From the NCBI GenBank assembly GCA_965214095.1, contig OZ243938.1, positions 1,504,001 to 1,568,000 of the forward strand: a DNA stretch of 64,000 bases, read 5' to 3'. Below are positions 28,020 to 38,700 of this stretch, piece after piece. Numbering within the stretch: the stretch's first letter is position 1; the number at the start of each line of letters is the position of its first letter. Made by a program: the position numbers and the translations under genes. The notes beneath the pieces were generated by a model, which had not been told where the DNA came from, searched no databases, and saw only the letters and a program-made list of their open reading frames with translations. Origin of the DNA: Candidatus Poribacteria bacterium (GTDB lineage: Bacteria > Poribacteria > WGA-4E > WGA-3G).

Positions 28020-29156
28020 ATGGATCGTAGAGATTTCTTAAGAAGCAGCGGCTTAACGCTAACTGCCTTTATGCTCAGTCCATGGGCGATTCATGCCTTT
28101 CCTAAAATTGAAGGTGAAGAACTAATTCCATTTCTGGATCAACCTACACAAACCGCATCAAATCGTGTTTTGCTTGATTGGCATGAATTTGATTCTTTCA
28201 TTACACCTAATGATGAATTCTTCAATGTATCACATTATGGGAAACCGAAAGTTGATCTTGAGAATTGGAAATTAGAAATTAGTGGGTTAGTTGAAAATCC
28301 GATGACGCTCACAATTGATGACATCAAAGCAAGACCAAAGCAAGATGTAAGCTTTACGTTGGAATGCTCTGGTAACCACGGTTTTCCAACATTTACAGGT
28401 GCTATTGGTACCGCAAAATGGGGTGGTACGCCACTTGCACCTATCCTCAAAGAAGCGGGAATAAAAGAGGATGGTATAGAGGTGATATTTTTCGGACATG
28501 ATTCAGGCGAAGAAAAATTGAGAAAAATTACCATGCGTCAGAACTTTGCAAGAAGCATGTCTGTTGAGGACGCATTAGAAGAGACGAATTTGTTATGTTA
28601 CGAAATGAACGGTGTTCCATTACCTCATGACAATGGTGCCCCGCTTCGGTTGATCGCTCCCGGTTGGTATGGGATTGCATGTGTCAAATGGCTCAAACGG
28701 ATTGAGGTGCGGAACACAAGGTTTATGGGTAGATTCATGGCACGCGATTATGTGACCATGCGTAAAGAAACCCGTCCTGATGGTGAAACTGTATGGATGG
28801 AAACATCTGTCGGCAGAACTCAGTTGAAATCGTTAGCAGCCAAAGTGACACGCAATACTGATCAATACCGAATCTACGGTGCTGCTTGGGGAGCACCTAT
28901 TCAGAAAGTTGAAGTGAGTATTAATGGTGGTCCTTGGCATGCAGCTACGATAGACCCAGAAGAAGATGCTGAATTTGCTTGGAAAATCTGGCACCTTGAT
29001 TGGGGAAATCCAGCAAAGGGTGAACATACCATCGTCTCACGTGCTATTGATACGAAAGGGAATGTCCAACCTGCAGCAGATTCAGACTACATAGAGGGAA
29101 AACACACCTATTGGGAAAGCAACGGGCAGGTTGTCCGCAAAATTAACATTGAATAG
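28020..29156 (+). CDS. Tat-exported sulfite oxidase-family molybdoenzyme
   Basis: DRRDFL Tat signal; LECSGN (Mo-ligating Cys), GAPLRLIAPGWYG, KWLKRI, SRAID. Confidence 0.9.
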   Translation: MDRRDFLRSSGLTLTAFMLSPWAIHAFPKIEGEELIPFLDQPTQTASNRVLLDWHEFDSFITPNDEFFNVSHYGKPKVDLENWKLEISGLVENPMTLTIDDIKARPKQDVSFTLECSGNHGFPTFTGAIGTAKWGGTPLAPILKEAGIKEDGIEVIFFGHDSGEEKLRKITMRQNFARSMSVEDALEETNLLCYEMNGVPLPHDNGAPLRLIAPGWYGIACVKWLKRIEVRNTRFMGRFMARDYVTMRKETRPDGETVWMETSVGRTQLKSLAAKVTRNTDQYRIYGAAWGAPIQKVEVSINGGPWHAATIDPEEDAEFAWKIWHLDWGNPAKGEHTIVSRAIDTKGNVQPAADSDYIEGKHTYWESNGQVVRKINIE

Positions 29157-29167
29157 GAGAACCCGAT

Positions 29168-29938
29168 TTGATTAACATTACCGATGAACAGAAACAGCAG
29201 TACCAAGAAGAAGGTTATTTCATTTTGGAAAGTGTGATTCCTGATAATCTTTTAGAACTGCTGCGCGGGGAATGTGGTACCTTCATTAATCAGATGGATG
29301 AGCGAATGGAACGGGAAGGCAAGGATGTGATGGGACTTAATCATCGTAATAAACGTTATTTTGTCTCAAACTGCTTTAGACAACAACCGAAACTTCGCGA
29401 ATTCCTGTTCAGCGATCTTATGGCAGAGGTGTGTCGTGCAGCCTTAGGTGACAATGCATATCTCTTTTGGGAACAATATGTTGTCAAAGGTGCTGAAGCA
29501 GGCATGAAATTTAGTTGGCATCAAGACTCTGGTTATGTCGGATACCCTGATCACAAACCGTATTTAACCTGTTGGTGTGCACTTGATGATATGTCTGAAG
29601 AGAACGGGACAGTATACGTCATGCCGTATTCACATATCGGCATCCGTTCATGGGTGAAACACATCCGTGAAGAGGGTAGTAATGATCTAGTTGGTTATTT
29701 CGGACCGGAAAAGGGAGTGCCTGCCATTGTTCCTGCGGGGAGTATCGTTGCATTTACAAGTGTCAATTTTCATAGTAGTGGCACAAATACGACAAATTCC
29801 ATGCGTAGAGCTTATTTAGCACAGTATTCTGCTGAACCACTTTTGTCGCACGATGGAAGTCGTTTGTGGGGAAATGCTGAGCCGTTGTTGCGCGATGGTG
29901 AGTCTGCTGTGGGTGAACCGCCACCAGAGGTTTCGTAG
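29168..29938 (+). CDS. Phytanoyl-CoA dioxygenase (PhyH) family protein
   Basis: WHQD, ALDD...ENG...PYSH, H-S-S-G-T-N...RR. Confidence 0.9.
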   Translation: MINITDEQKQQYQEEGYFILESVIPDNLLELLRGECGTFINQMDERMEREGKDVMGLNHRNKRYFVSNCFRQQPKLREFLFSDLMAEVCRAALGDNAYLFWEQYVVKGAEAGMKFSWHQDSGYVGYPDHKPYLTCWCALDDMSEENGTVYVMPYSHIGIRSWVKHIREEGSNDLVGYFGPEKGVPAIVPAGSIVAFTSVNFHSSGTNTTNSMRRAYLAQYSAEPLLSHDGSRLWGNAEPLLRDGESAVGEPPPEVS

Positions 29939-29957
29939 TGTGCTTAGACAAAATAAA

Positions 29958-31223
29958 CTATTTGGGATTTATTTGCCGGTTAAACTGAGTCAGATAATTC
30001 CCAATCTTATCTTGTATCCCACGTGCTACTGCAGCAGAACCAACATAATGACTGATGAGGATTCCAAAAGCAAACACTTCACCATCGGCTGTCCGAGTGT
30101 AGCCAGCAAGTGCCGAAACACCACTTAATGTTCCTGTTTTCGCACGCAGAACTTTCTCTGCATACATGCCTTGCATCCTATTTCTCAATGTGCCATCAAC
30201 ACCAGCAATCGGTAGTGATGCTGTAAATTCTGGCATCAGCTCAAAATTGAGATACATATAGACGAGTAGATTAGTAAGCAGTTCCACGTTGAGAAGGTTA
30301 TACCGTGAAAGTCCTGAGCCGTCAACAAACCGATGTGCAGGTGGTTCAGCCATAATTTCACCTAAAAAATCAGTAATAGAATCTCTTCCCTTTCGCCACG
30401 TCCCGGGTTCTCCTTTAACCTCCGCTCCGATGGTTTTGAATAAGAACTCGGCAATCCAATTATCACTCGGTTTATTCATCAATTTGATAATCTCTGCCAG
30501 TGGAGGGGATAAATGGGTCGCAACAATCTGGGCATCAGATGGCACAGTACCAGCAATCACATCACCAGATACTATCATACCCCTTTGAATGAGAGTTGTT
30601 TTCAGAAGATTACCGCAGGCGATTGCTCTACTGCCAGTTTTTACATCAGGTTCAAGATCGCGTATACTTAACGCACTCACATGAAAAGGTTTGTCATCCC
30701 ACATCCAACCCGGACCTTCGCGGACAGTATCAAAGTAAGTTTCATCAACGACGATGTCTCCGATAATTGATTTTATACCTGCTTTTGCTAAAACATCAGA
30801 TAATCGTAGAATAAAACCAGATTCAAGAACCGGATCACCTTTACCTTTGAGATATAGGTTTCCAATTACATGCGGGTCATCGGTTTTCACCGCATGTAAT
30901 GTTGTTTCAAATTGAAAGTTCGATCCTAATTTCGCTAAAGCAGTTGCTGCTGTAAAGAGTTTCGTTGTAGAAGCAGGATGGTGTAGTTTATGTGCATTAT
31001 TGACATATATCATCTCACCAGTCTCTACTGAAACCACTTTGATACCTACGCTTGCTGTCCTAAACAAGGAATCCTGTAATACTTCATCAATATCTGAACG
31101 TAATTGTTCAAGTGGATTGACACCTTCTGGCGGCGGATGTTTTTCCACAGGTTTCGTAGAAAATATTCCACAACCTGAAATTAGGATTACCCAGCAGATA
31201 AGAATTACGTTATATATTCTCAT
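29958..31223 (-). CDS. dacB: D-Ala-D-Ala carboxypeptidase/endopeptidase PBP4 (peptidase S13), lipoprotein
   Basis: PASTTK, SDN, DGSGLSR, AKTGTL; ISG-C lipobox. Confidence 0.92.
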   Translation of the reverse strand: MRIYNVILICWVILISGCGIFSTKPVEKHPPPEGVNPLEQLRSDIDEVLQDSLFRTASVGIKVVSVETGEMIYVNNAHKLHHPASTTKLFTAATALAKLGSNFQFETTLHAVKTDDPHVIGNLYLKGKGDPVLESGFILRLSDVLAKAGIKSIIGDIVVDETYFDTVREGPGWMWDDKPFHVSALSIRDLEPDVKTGSRAIACGNLLKTTLIQRGMIVSGDVIAGTVPSDAQIVATHLSPPLAEIIKLMNKPSDNWIAEFLFKTIGAEVKGEPGTWRKGRDSITDFLGEIMAEPPAHRFVDGSGLSRYNLLNVELLTNLLVYMYLNFELMPEFTASLPIAGVDGTLRNRMQGMYAEKVLRAKTGTLSGVSALAGYTRTADGEVFAFGILISHYVGSAAVARGIQDKIGNYLTQFNRQINPK

Positions 31224-31273
31224 AACATGTTAATATTATCACACATTTTGAGAATATGAAAGGAAAACACCCA

Positions 31274-31492
31274 AGGGTTATTTAGTTTTCGGTTTTTCTT
31301 GTCCTTTTTCACAAATGCTAAATGCCTCAAGTTGGTAGGTGCGGTTTCCTAACCGCACCGAATTTGTGATAAAACCTTTCATAGTCAGTTTTATTGTGGG
31401 TTCCGGTGCGGTTAGGAAACCGCACCTACCGGCTTGGGTATTAACTTTTAGTAAATCTCTATTTTGGAAAATACTTAGAACTAAATAACCCT
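31274..31492. mobile_element. MITE with 14-bp TIRs (AGGGTTATTTAGTT) carrying an inverted REP doublet
   Basis: Perfect TIRs at 31274-31287 and 31479-31492; GGTAGGTGCGGTTTCCTAACCGCACC pair at 31334-31432; lone related ends at about 6533, 27194 and 45035. Confidence 0.75.
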
Positions 31493-31660
31493 GCCCAGAA
31501 TAAGTTTTATACTAATCGTTGTTTTATTATTGCCATTATGCAACTTAAAATTGTATAATTTAAAAGTTGTTGAATTGGTCAGAGTAATAACTTAGTCAAT
31601 TTCTAAGATCATTCCCGTTCTTGAGAATATTAGTATACTGAATTAATATAAGGAGTAAAC

Positions 31661-32461
31661 ATGCGTAAAATAGTCTTACTTTTAGGAATTACTTGTTTGT
31701 TCGGTTCAATCTTACCACATATTGCTTCGGCTGAAATTGATCCTGAAAAAGCAGCCGGTATCTGGTTATTTGATGAGGGAGCAGGTAATGATGTTGAAGA
31801 TTTATCTGGAAAAGAGAACCATGGTGCTATTACAGGGGCAAAGTGGGTTGAAGGTAAGTTCGGTGATGGACTTGAATTTAATGGTGGACAATCCGTAGAA
31901 ATTGCTTCAACACCAGATCTACAACTTGGTGATGAGCATACAATGATGGCGTGGTTATATGTAACAAACATAGCCGAACATCGGCAACTCATCGCAAAAA
32001 ACAATGAATATTTGTTACGTATTGACAGACCTGGAGAAAATAACAAAATGTCTGCTTTTGTCAGTATTGGTGGATGGGAACCGAGAGCATCTTCTGTTGT
32101 ACCTGAAACAAAAACATGGATTCATTTCGCAGCTACTTATGATAGTGGAGCCAATGCCGACCAACTGGTAGTATATGTCAACGGTGAACGTAAAGGATCA
32201 AGTACACGTCCTGGAAAAGGGGCTGGTAATAATGATGCTGTTACTATCGGAACATGGAATGGTGGTTCATTTTTCATCGGTATCATTGACGAAGTAGCCA
32301 TATTTAAATCTGTCCTAACAGAAGATGATTTGCAGACTATTATGGAACACGGTTTAGAGAAGACCATCAAAGGGATTGCTGCTGTTGAAGCAACTAATAA
32401 ATTGGCAACAACATGGAGCACTCTGAAACAGAAGCATAGTATTCGTCGTGTGTCAAATTGA
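31661..32461 (+). CDS. Secreted LamG domain protein
   Basis: Signal peptide; GIWLFDEG, GKFGDGLEFNG, WIHFAATYD, GIIDEVAIF; tail AVEATNKLATTWSTLK. Confidence 0.88.
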   Translation: MRKIVLLLGITCLFGSILPHIASAEIDPEKAAGIWLFDEGAGNDVEDLSGKENHGAITGAKWVEGKFGDGLEFNGGQSVEIASTPDLQLGDEHTMMAWLYVTNIAEHRQLIAKNNEYLLRIDRPGENNKMSAFVSIGGWEPRASSVVPETKTWIHFAATYDSGANADQLVVYVNGERKGSSTRPGKGAGNNDAVTIGTWNGGSFFIGIIDEVAIFKSVLTEDDLQTIMEHGLEKTIKGIAAVEATNKLATTWSTLKQKHSIRRVSN

Positions 32462-32626
32462 CATTCGTATTGAAAGTTCATTCCGTTTAAAACTGCTGAT
32501 TTGCGATCAGAATATTGATAGGTATGCATTGAAGTTCCTATTGTCTATTATGAGAGAACACCTAACAAATCAATTTGATGATCAGGTACAAGATTCGATT
32601 TACCTCGTTTGGAGGGGACATTATAT

Positions 32627-34015
32627 ATGAATAAATTACGGTTCCATTACCTAAGTTGGGTTGGAACCATTTTACTACTATTGCTAACATTGTCAGCATC
32701 CGCTGAAGAAGCTAAGGTGTTTAGCCTTGAAGATAGTCTACAAATTGCAAAACAGAACAATCTTACTATTCAGGTAGTTGAACAAAACCTACAATCTGCT
32801 GAAGCACAAATCAGTACTGCCCGCGCTATAATGCTACCAAGACTTTCTGCAAATGGAAACTATACCTATTTTAAAGATGTACAAAAATCAGTAATTCAAG
32901 CAGAGGGTGGTTTTGGGTTTCCTATACCTGGCGAAAACATGGATGAAATGTCAACACCGAGTGTAGATAATGAGACTGAACTGATTGAATTGGAGTTTGG
33001 GGCACATCATAATGTTCAAGGTACAGTCAATTTAACACAACCTGTTTTCGCATGGGGACGCTATTATTACGGTTACCAAGCAGCGCAACTTCAGCATGAA
33101 GCATCGCAAAAAGAGTTAAACGCTGCTTATGAAAAACTCCGTATGGATGTAATTGAGGCATTCTATCGTGTGTTAATAGCACAAGAATTCGTTACAGTGG
33201 CAGAACAAAGTGTTGAATTAGTAAAAAAGCAACTCGGTATTGCGGAAACATCTTTTGATGCTGGTGTTACAACTAATTTTGATGTCCTTCGGGCAAAAGT
33301 CCAACTGGCAAATGCTGAATCACAATTAATTCGTGCCAAAAACGGAGTCAAAACAGCACAAAACGCATACAAAACCTTGCTTAACCTACCGCTTTCTGGC
33401 GAGATTTCAGTTGAAGGTTCTTTTGAAATAACTGAAGTCCAAGTTCAGCTGGATGAATTAATTAAATTGGCTCTGGAAACGCGTTCAGAAATTAACCGAT
33501 CTCAACTCAACGAACAAGCAGGTCAAAAACAACTGAGTATCGCGAAGACTCGTAGCCTACCTGATCTCGCTTTTTTTTCAAACTACCAAATTTCCCATAA
33601 CGAAAGACTTACGCAAATGAACCGAATCTGGAGTCTGGGTCTGCAAATCAATATACCTATTTTTGATGGGTTTGCTTCTCGAGCGGGTATAAAACAGAGT
33701 GAATCGGTCCTAAAGCAGCTCCAATTGGGAACAAAACAGGTTATGTCAACTGTAGAGTTTGAGGTGCGCAATACCTATCTCGCCTTACTTGAAGCAAAAA
33801 CTCTCATTGATGTCCAACGTGAAACCGTCGCACAGGCAGAAGAAAGTGTTCGCATTGCAAATCTGCAATTTGAGAACGGTATGATTACGACTGTAGGACT
33901 GACTGACACACAACTCGCATTGATGCAGGCAAAAGTCAATCGCCTACAAGCACAACACGACTATGTTGTGGGTTTAGCACGACTGGAAAAAGCAATAGGA
34001 CAGAAAATAGAATAG
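32627..34015 (+). CDS. TolC family outer membrane efflux protein
   Basis: Signal peptide; duplicated OEP repeats (LP-x-L...LTQPVF; NIPIFDG). Confidence 0.9.
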   Translation: MNKLRFHYLSWVGTILLLLLTLSASAEEAKVFSLEDSLQIAKQNNLTIQVVEQNLQSAEAQISTARAIMLPRLSANGNYTYFKDVQKSVIQAEGGFGFPIPGENMDEMSTPSVDNETELIELEFGAHHNVQGTVNLTQPVFAWGRYYYGYQAAQLQHEASQKELNAAYEKLRMDVIEAFYRVLIAQEFVTVAEQSVELVKKQLGIAETSFDAGVTTNFDVLRAKVQLANAESQLIRAKNGVKTAQNAYKTLLNLPLSGEISVEGSFEITEVQVQLDELIKLALETRSEINRSQLNEQAGQKQLSIAKTRSLPDLAFFSNYQISHNERLTQMNRIWSLGLQINIPIFDGFASRAGIKQSESVLKQLQLGTKQVMSTVEFEVRNTYLALLEAKTLIDVQRETVAQAEESVRIANLQFENGMITTVGLTDTQLALMQAKVNRLQAQHDYVVGLARLEKAIGQKIE

Positions 34016-34090
34016 GCATTGCTTACCCAAGAGATACTAATCAGACATGAAGGTGGATATATATCTACCATTAAAAGGAGAATTAGACAA

Positions 34091-35698
34091 TTGAAAAGAC
34101 TTTGGATTGGCATTATCGTAATCGCAGTAATCGCAGTAATCGCAATGTTCCAATTCTTGAAACCTGAAAAACCTGCAATTGAAGCCACAGATCAAACTGA
34201 CGTTTCTAAACCTGTAGAAATTAGAAAAGCCAAACGTGGAGAGATTCGCTCAGAGCTCCAGTTGTCAGGGACAATAGAAGCAGCATCACATGTGAGGGTA
34301 ATACCCAAAATCTCTGGACGTATTATTTCCCTATCTGTTACTGAGGGAGACCGTGTCAAGAAAGGGAAGGAACTTGCTGTTATTGAGCATGAGGAGTTAA
34401 CACTTGCAGTAGAACAAGCAGAGGCAATTCTTGAATCTGCTGAGACTGGGTACTCTCAGGCACAGCAACTTGCTGAAGTCCGCGTGCATTCACAGGTCGC
34501 GCAAGCAAAAGCACAACTCAAGGGTGCTGAAGTATCATTACAACAGGTCCAAGAACTTGCCAAGATTCGCACGGATACGCAAATAGATCAAGCCGAAGCA
34601 GGCTTAAAATCCCTTGTAGCAAATTTGGAAAAAATCAGAACTGGTGCGCGCGATGAAGACCGTCGTCAGGCTGAAGCAGGTTTGAATCAAGCGAAGGCGA
34701 ACCTACTTAATGCCCAAAATAACTATGCACGTATGCAACAACTTTTCAAAAACGGAGCAATTAGTCAGCAATCGTTAGAGAACAGTCAGACACAATTAGA
34801 TATTGTTACTGCCCAACATAAAATTGCTGCCGAACAAGTTCAACTTATTGATAACGGCGCACGGGAAGAAGACATTGAGGCAATGGAAGCACAGGTCGAA
34901 CAAGCAAATGCTGCTCTTAGACTCGCACAAGCCCAAGCCACTACAAAAACATGGGAAAAGGACATCGCACTGGCACAAGCACAAGTTGAAACAGCACACG
35001 CTGGTCTAATATCAGCAGAAGCATTAGAAAAAGCAAAAAGTTGGGAAGCAGAGATTACGACTGCAAAAACTGCACGCACACAAGCGAGTATCGCTCTTAA
35101 ACTTGCCAATAAACGACTTAGAGATGCCACAATTGAAGCACCTATTGATGGTGTAGTCTCACAACGTTTCTTAGATTTAGGTGGAATGGCAGCACCAACA
35201 GCACCATTATTTGAAATCGTAAATATTGACACAGTCAAAGCCACAACAGATGTGATTGAAGTCCATTTGAGTCAATTGGCATTGAATCAACAAGCATCAA
35301 TCAATATTGATGGAATCGATACTCCGATTGAAGGTACAATCACATATATCAGTCCAACGTTACAGCCGATGCAGCGTACTGCAACGGTTGAATTTCAGAT
35401 TGATAACCCTGAAAGCATGCTCAAACCGGGTATGTTTGCCAAAGTTACCGTGCCTGTTGACGTGCGTTCAGACGTAATTTTAGTGCCGCGTGTTTCGCTT
35501 ATTGAAGATTCTAGCACAAAAACGCAAAATGTCTTCGTAGTTGAAGCTGGGATGAGCCAACGTCGTCCTGTGGAAATAGGACTCTCTCGTGGTGGTGAGG
35601 TGGAAATACGCGACGGACTAAATGAAGGAGACTCTGTCATCGTTGCTGGACAACATTCTCTCAAAGTAGGAGAGAGTGTCACGGTTGTTAATCCTTGA
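34091..35698 (+). CDS. RND periplasmic adaptor (membrane fusion protein) with long coiled coil
   Basis: AAAGGAG RBS + TTG; PKISGRI...EGDRV, IEAPIDGVV, LKPGMFA, GLNEGD. Confidence 0.88.
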   Translation: MKRLWIGIIVIAVIAVIAMFQFLKPEKPAIEATDQTDVSKPVEIRKAKRGEIRSELQLSGTIEAASHVRVIPKISGRIISLSVTEGDRVKKGKELAVIEHEELTLAVEQAEAILESAETGYSQAQQLAEVRVHSQVAQAKAQLKGAEVSLQQVQELAKIRTDTQIDQAEAGLKSLVANLEKIRTGARDEDRRQAEAGLNQAKANLLNAQNNYARMQQLFKNGAISQQSLENSQTQLDIVTAQHKIAAEQVQLIDNGAREEDIEAMEAQVEQANAALRLAQAQATTKTWEKDIALAQAQVETAHAGLISAEALEKAKSWEAEITTAKTARTQASIALKLANKRLRDATIEAPIDGVVSQRFLDLGGMAAPTAPLFEIVNIDTVKATTDVIEVHLSQLALNQQASINIDGIDTPIEGTITYISPTLQPMQRTATVEFQIDNPESMLKPGMFAKVTVPVDVRSDVILVPRVSLIEDSSTKTQNVFVVEAGMSQRRPVEIGLSRGGEVEIRDGLNEGDSVIVAGQHSLKVGESVTVVNP

Positions 35699-35775
35699 CA
35701 TATTGAATGCTTATACCGTGAATACGTAAAGACTGATTGCAACAAAAATTTTTACTAAGGAGAAATTTAGCATAA

Positions 35776-38700
35776 ATGTCCATTCCAAAAATGTCAGTTA
35801 ACAATCCAGTATTAGCAAATATGCTGATGATTATTATCATTATATTTGGTGTATATGCATGGATAACACTACCGAGGGAGTTGACTCCAGAAATTGCGTT
35901 ACAGAGTGCAACGGTTACAACATTATATCCTGGTGCATCTCCAGAGGAGGTGGAAAAACTTATATCTGCTCCAATCGAGGATGCGATTGAGGAAAATGTC
36001 AATAAAATCAATCTCATGCTTTCTACTTCATCGGAAGGCAGGTCAATTATTACAATTGATTTTGATGAGATGAGCAATCGTGAATTTGATAAAGAGATGG
36101 AGAATCTACGCACTGCTGTTGAAGGTGTAAATGACTTACCCGAAGAAATATTAGACGATCCCAAAGTGGTGGAATTGGATGTTGCTTCCGGTTTTCCAAT
36201 GTTGACTATAGTCGTCGGTGGTAGTATTTCTGAGGCACAGATGCGAGATATTTCTGAAGAACTGAAAGATGAGATCTTAGAAATCAAAAATATCGCATCC
36301 GTACAAATAGCAGGTCTGCGTGAAAGGGAAATTTGGATTGAAGTAAACCCCGATCGATTGAAAGCCTATAATCTTCCTATAGCAGCCATTAACAGGGCTC
36401 TGCAAGCGGGAAATATCAATTTACCTGCCGGCACATTGGAAATCGGTAATACAGAGTTTATGGTCCGAACAATGGGAGAATTCACCAATCCAGACTACAT
36501 TGGGAATACCATTATTAGTGTCCAACCATCCGGCACACCGATCCGACTTCGAGATGTCGCAACAGTATCTGATACTTACGAAGAAGCACGTACCCTGTCT
36601 CGTATTGATGGTAAATCCTCAATTAGTTTGAGTGTACAGAAAAAGAAAGAGGGTAACACTATTTCATTGGTTGCAGAACTTCGTGATTTAGTTGAAAGAC
36701 ATAAAGATAATCTACCTGACGGTGCTGTTTTAACACCTGTCAACGACTATTCGGTCATCCTAAAAGAACGGTTGGGAATCCTTGAGACGAATGCTGTATT
36801 TGGACTCATTCTTGTTATATTGATGCTATTTCTATTTATTGGATGGCGTAATGCATTATTTGCTGCACTTGGGATTCCAGTTGCGTTTATGGCGACATTT
36901 TGGTTCATGTCAATAGCAGGTTACACACTGAGTGGTGTATCACTGTTTGGTCTTATTTTGGTCGTTGGTATAGTCGTTGACGATGCAATCGTTGTCATTG
37001 AAAATACATATCGGCACATTGAGAGAGGAGAATCTCCAAAGCTTGCTGCAATTCGCGGCGCGGAGGAAGTAGGTTGGCCGGTCTTGGCTGCAAGTTTGAC
37101 AACTATTGGCGCATTTGGTCCACTCATGTTTATGTCCGGTACTTCAGGACAGTTTATGCGAATCGTTCCTATAATGGCGATTATTGTTTTAGTTGCATCA
37201 CTGTTTGAAGTCTTTGTCATTCTGCCAGCACACGTATCAGAATGGGGAAAAGCAAGACCGCAAACTGGCAGAAGTAGACTGGAAGCACTTCGAACAAGAT
37301 CACGCAATGTCTTCAGTCTCACGATCATCATAGCAGGATTCTTTGCGTGGTTTGCCACGATTTTTGACATCATCCGAAGAAGATATGTCAGAATCCTAAA
37401 ACTTACAATACGCAGCAGGTATGTTTTTGTAAGTAGTGTCATCTTGATTGGCATGGTTACATGTGTAGGGGCATTTTCTGTTCTTGACAAAGAACTCTTT
37501 CCAGGTGAAGATTTTCCACAATTTTATGTCAAAGCAGAGATGCCACCATCCTACGGTATTCAGGAGACAACAGCTGTAATCGCTCAACTTGAAGATGCAG
37601 CAAAGAAACTCCCAGAAAGCGAGATCGCTGCAATTGTAAGCAATATCGGTTTACATACACCTACTGCCGGACTAGTAGAAGGCATTACTTATGGATCAAA
37701 TTTTGGAGAACTTATCATTGAGCTTGTCCCAAAACAGGAACGGACACGGGATACTGACCAGATTATTGCTTCACTACGTGAAAACACTACCAATATAAGT
37801 GGAATTGAAGAACTCAATTTTGTCAAACTTCAAGGTGGTCCACCACAAGGACAGGATGTCGAGGTGAAGGTTAAAGGAACGTATTTTTCACAGTTAGTTG
37901 AAATTGCAGATCGATTGAAAGTGACATTAGGTGAAATTGATGGCGTTGAAGATATCAGAGATGATTTCCGAATTGGTAAATCTGAATTACGAATCTATCT
38001 AAAACCTGAAAAAGCAGCACTGTTTGGAATGACTACTATGCAAGTTGCTCAGACTGTTCGTAATGCAATTGAAGGTGCGAAAGCCACAACCTATCGTGAA
38101 GCGGATGAAGCAATTGATGTCGTTGTCAAATATAGGGAAGACCGTCTACAAACAATCGCGGAATTGAAGGATTTATTGATCACAACGCCTATAGGAACGA
38201 TTATTCCACTAAAAGATGTAGCAGTTATTGCTGAGGAAAAAGGATATGCGGATATAAGAAGGTTTGAAGGGGAACGTGCTATTACTGTATATGCATCTGT
38301 TGATAGAACAAAAACTTCTCCCTTCCAAGTCAATGAAATCCTCAGGAGTTCTTTTGCAGATATTGAAGCATTATATCCAGGATATCGGCTTGATTTTCGT
38401 GGTGTATTTGACGAAATCATACAATCTTTTTCGGAATTATGGAAACTCTTTATTGTCGGAGTCCTTGTTATCTATGTGATATTAGGTGCACAATTCAAAT
38501 CATTTACACAACCGGTAATTATCTTGTTTGCTGTGCCGTTTGGAATGATAGGTGCTATGGTTGGGTTGCTCCTTTCCAATGCTACACTTAGCATGGTTGC
38601 GATGTTTGGTATTGTTGCACTCACAGGAATTGTGGTTAACGATTCTATTGTGTTAATTGATTTTATCAACAAATACCGTGCACTCGGTTTCAACAGATGG

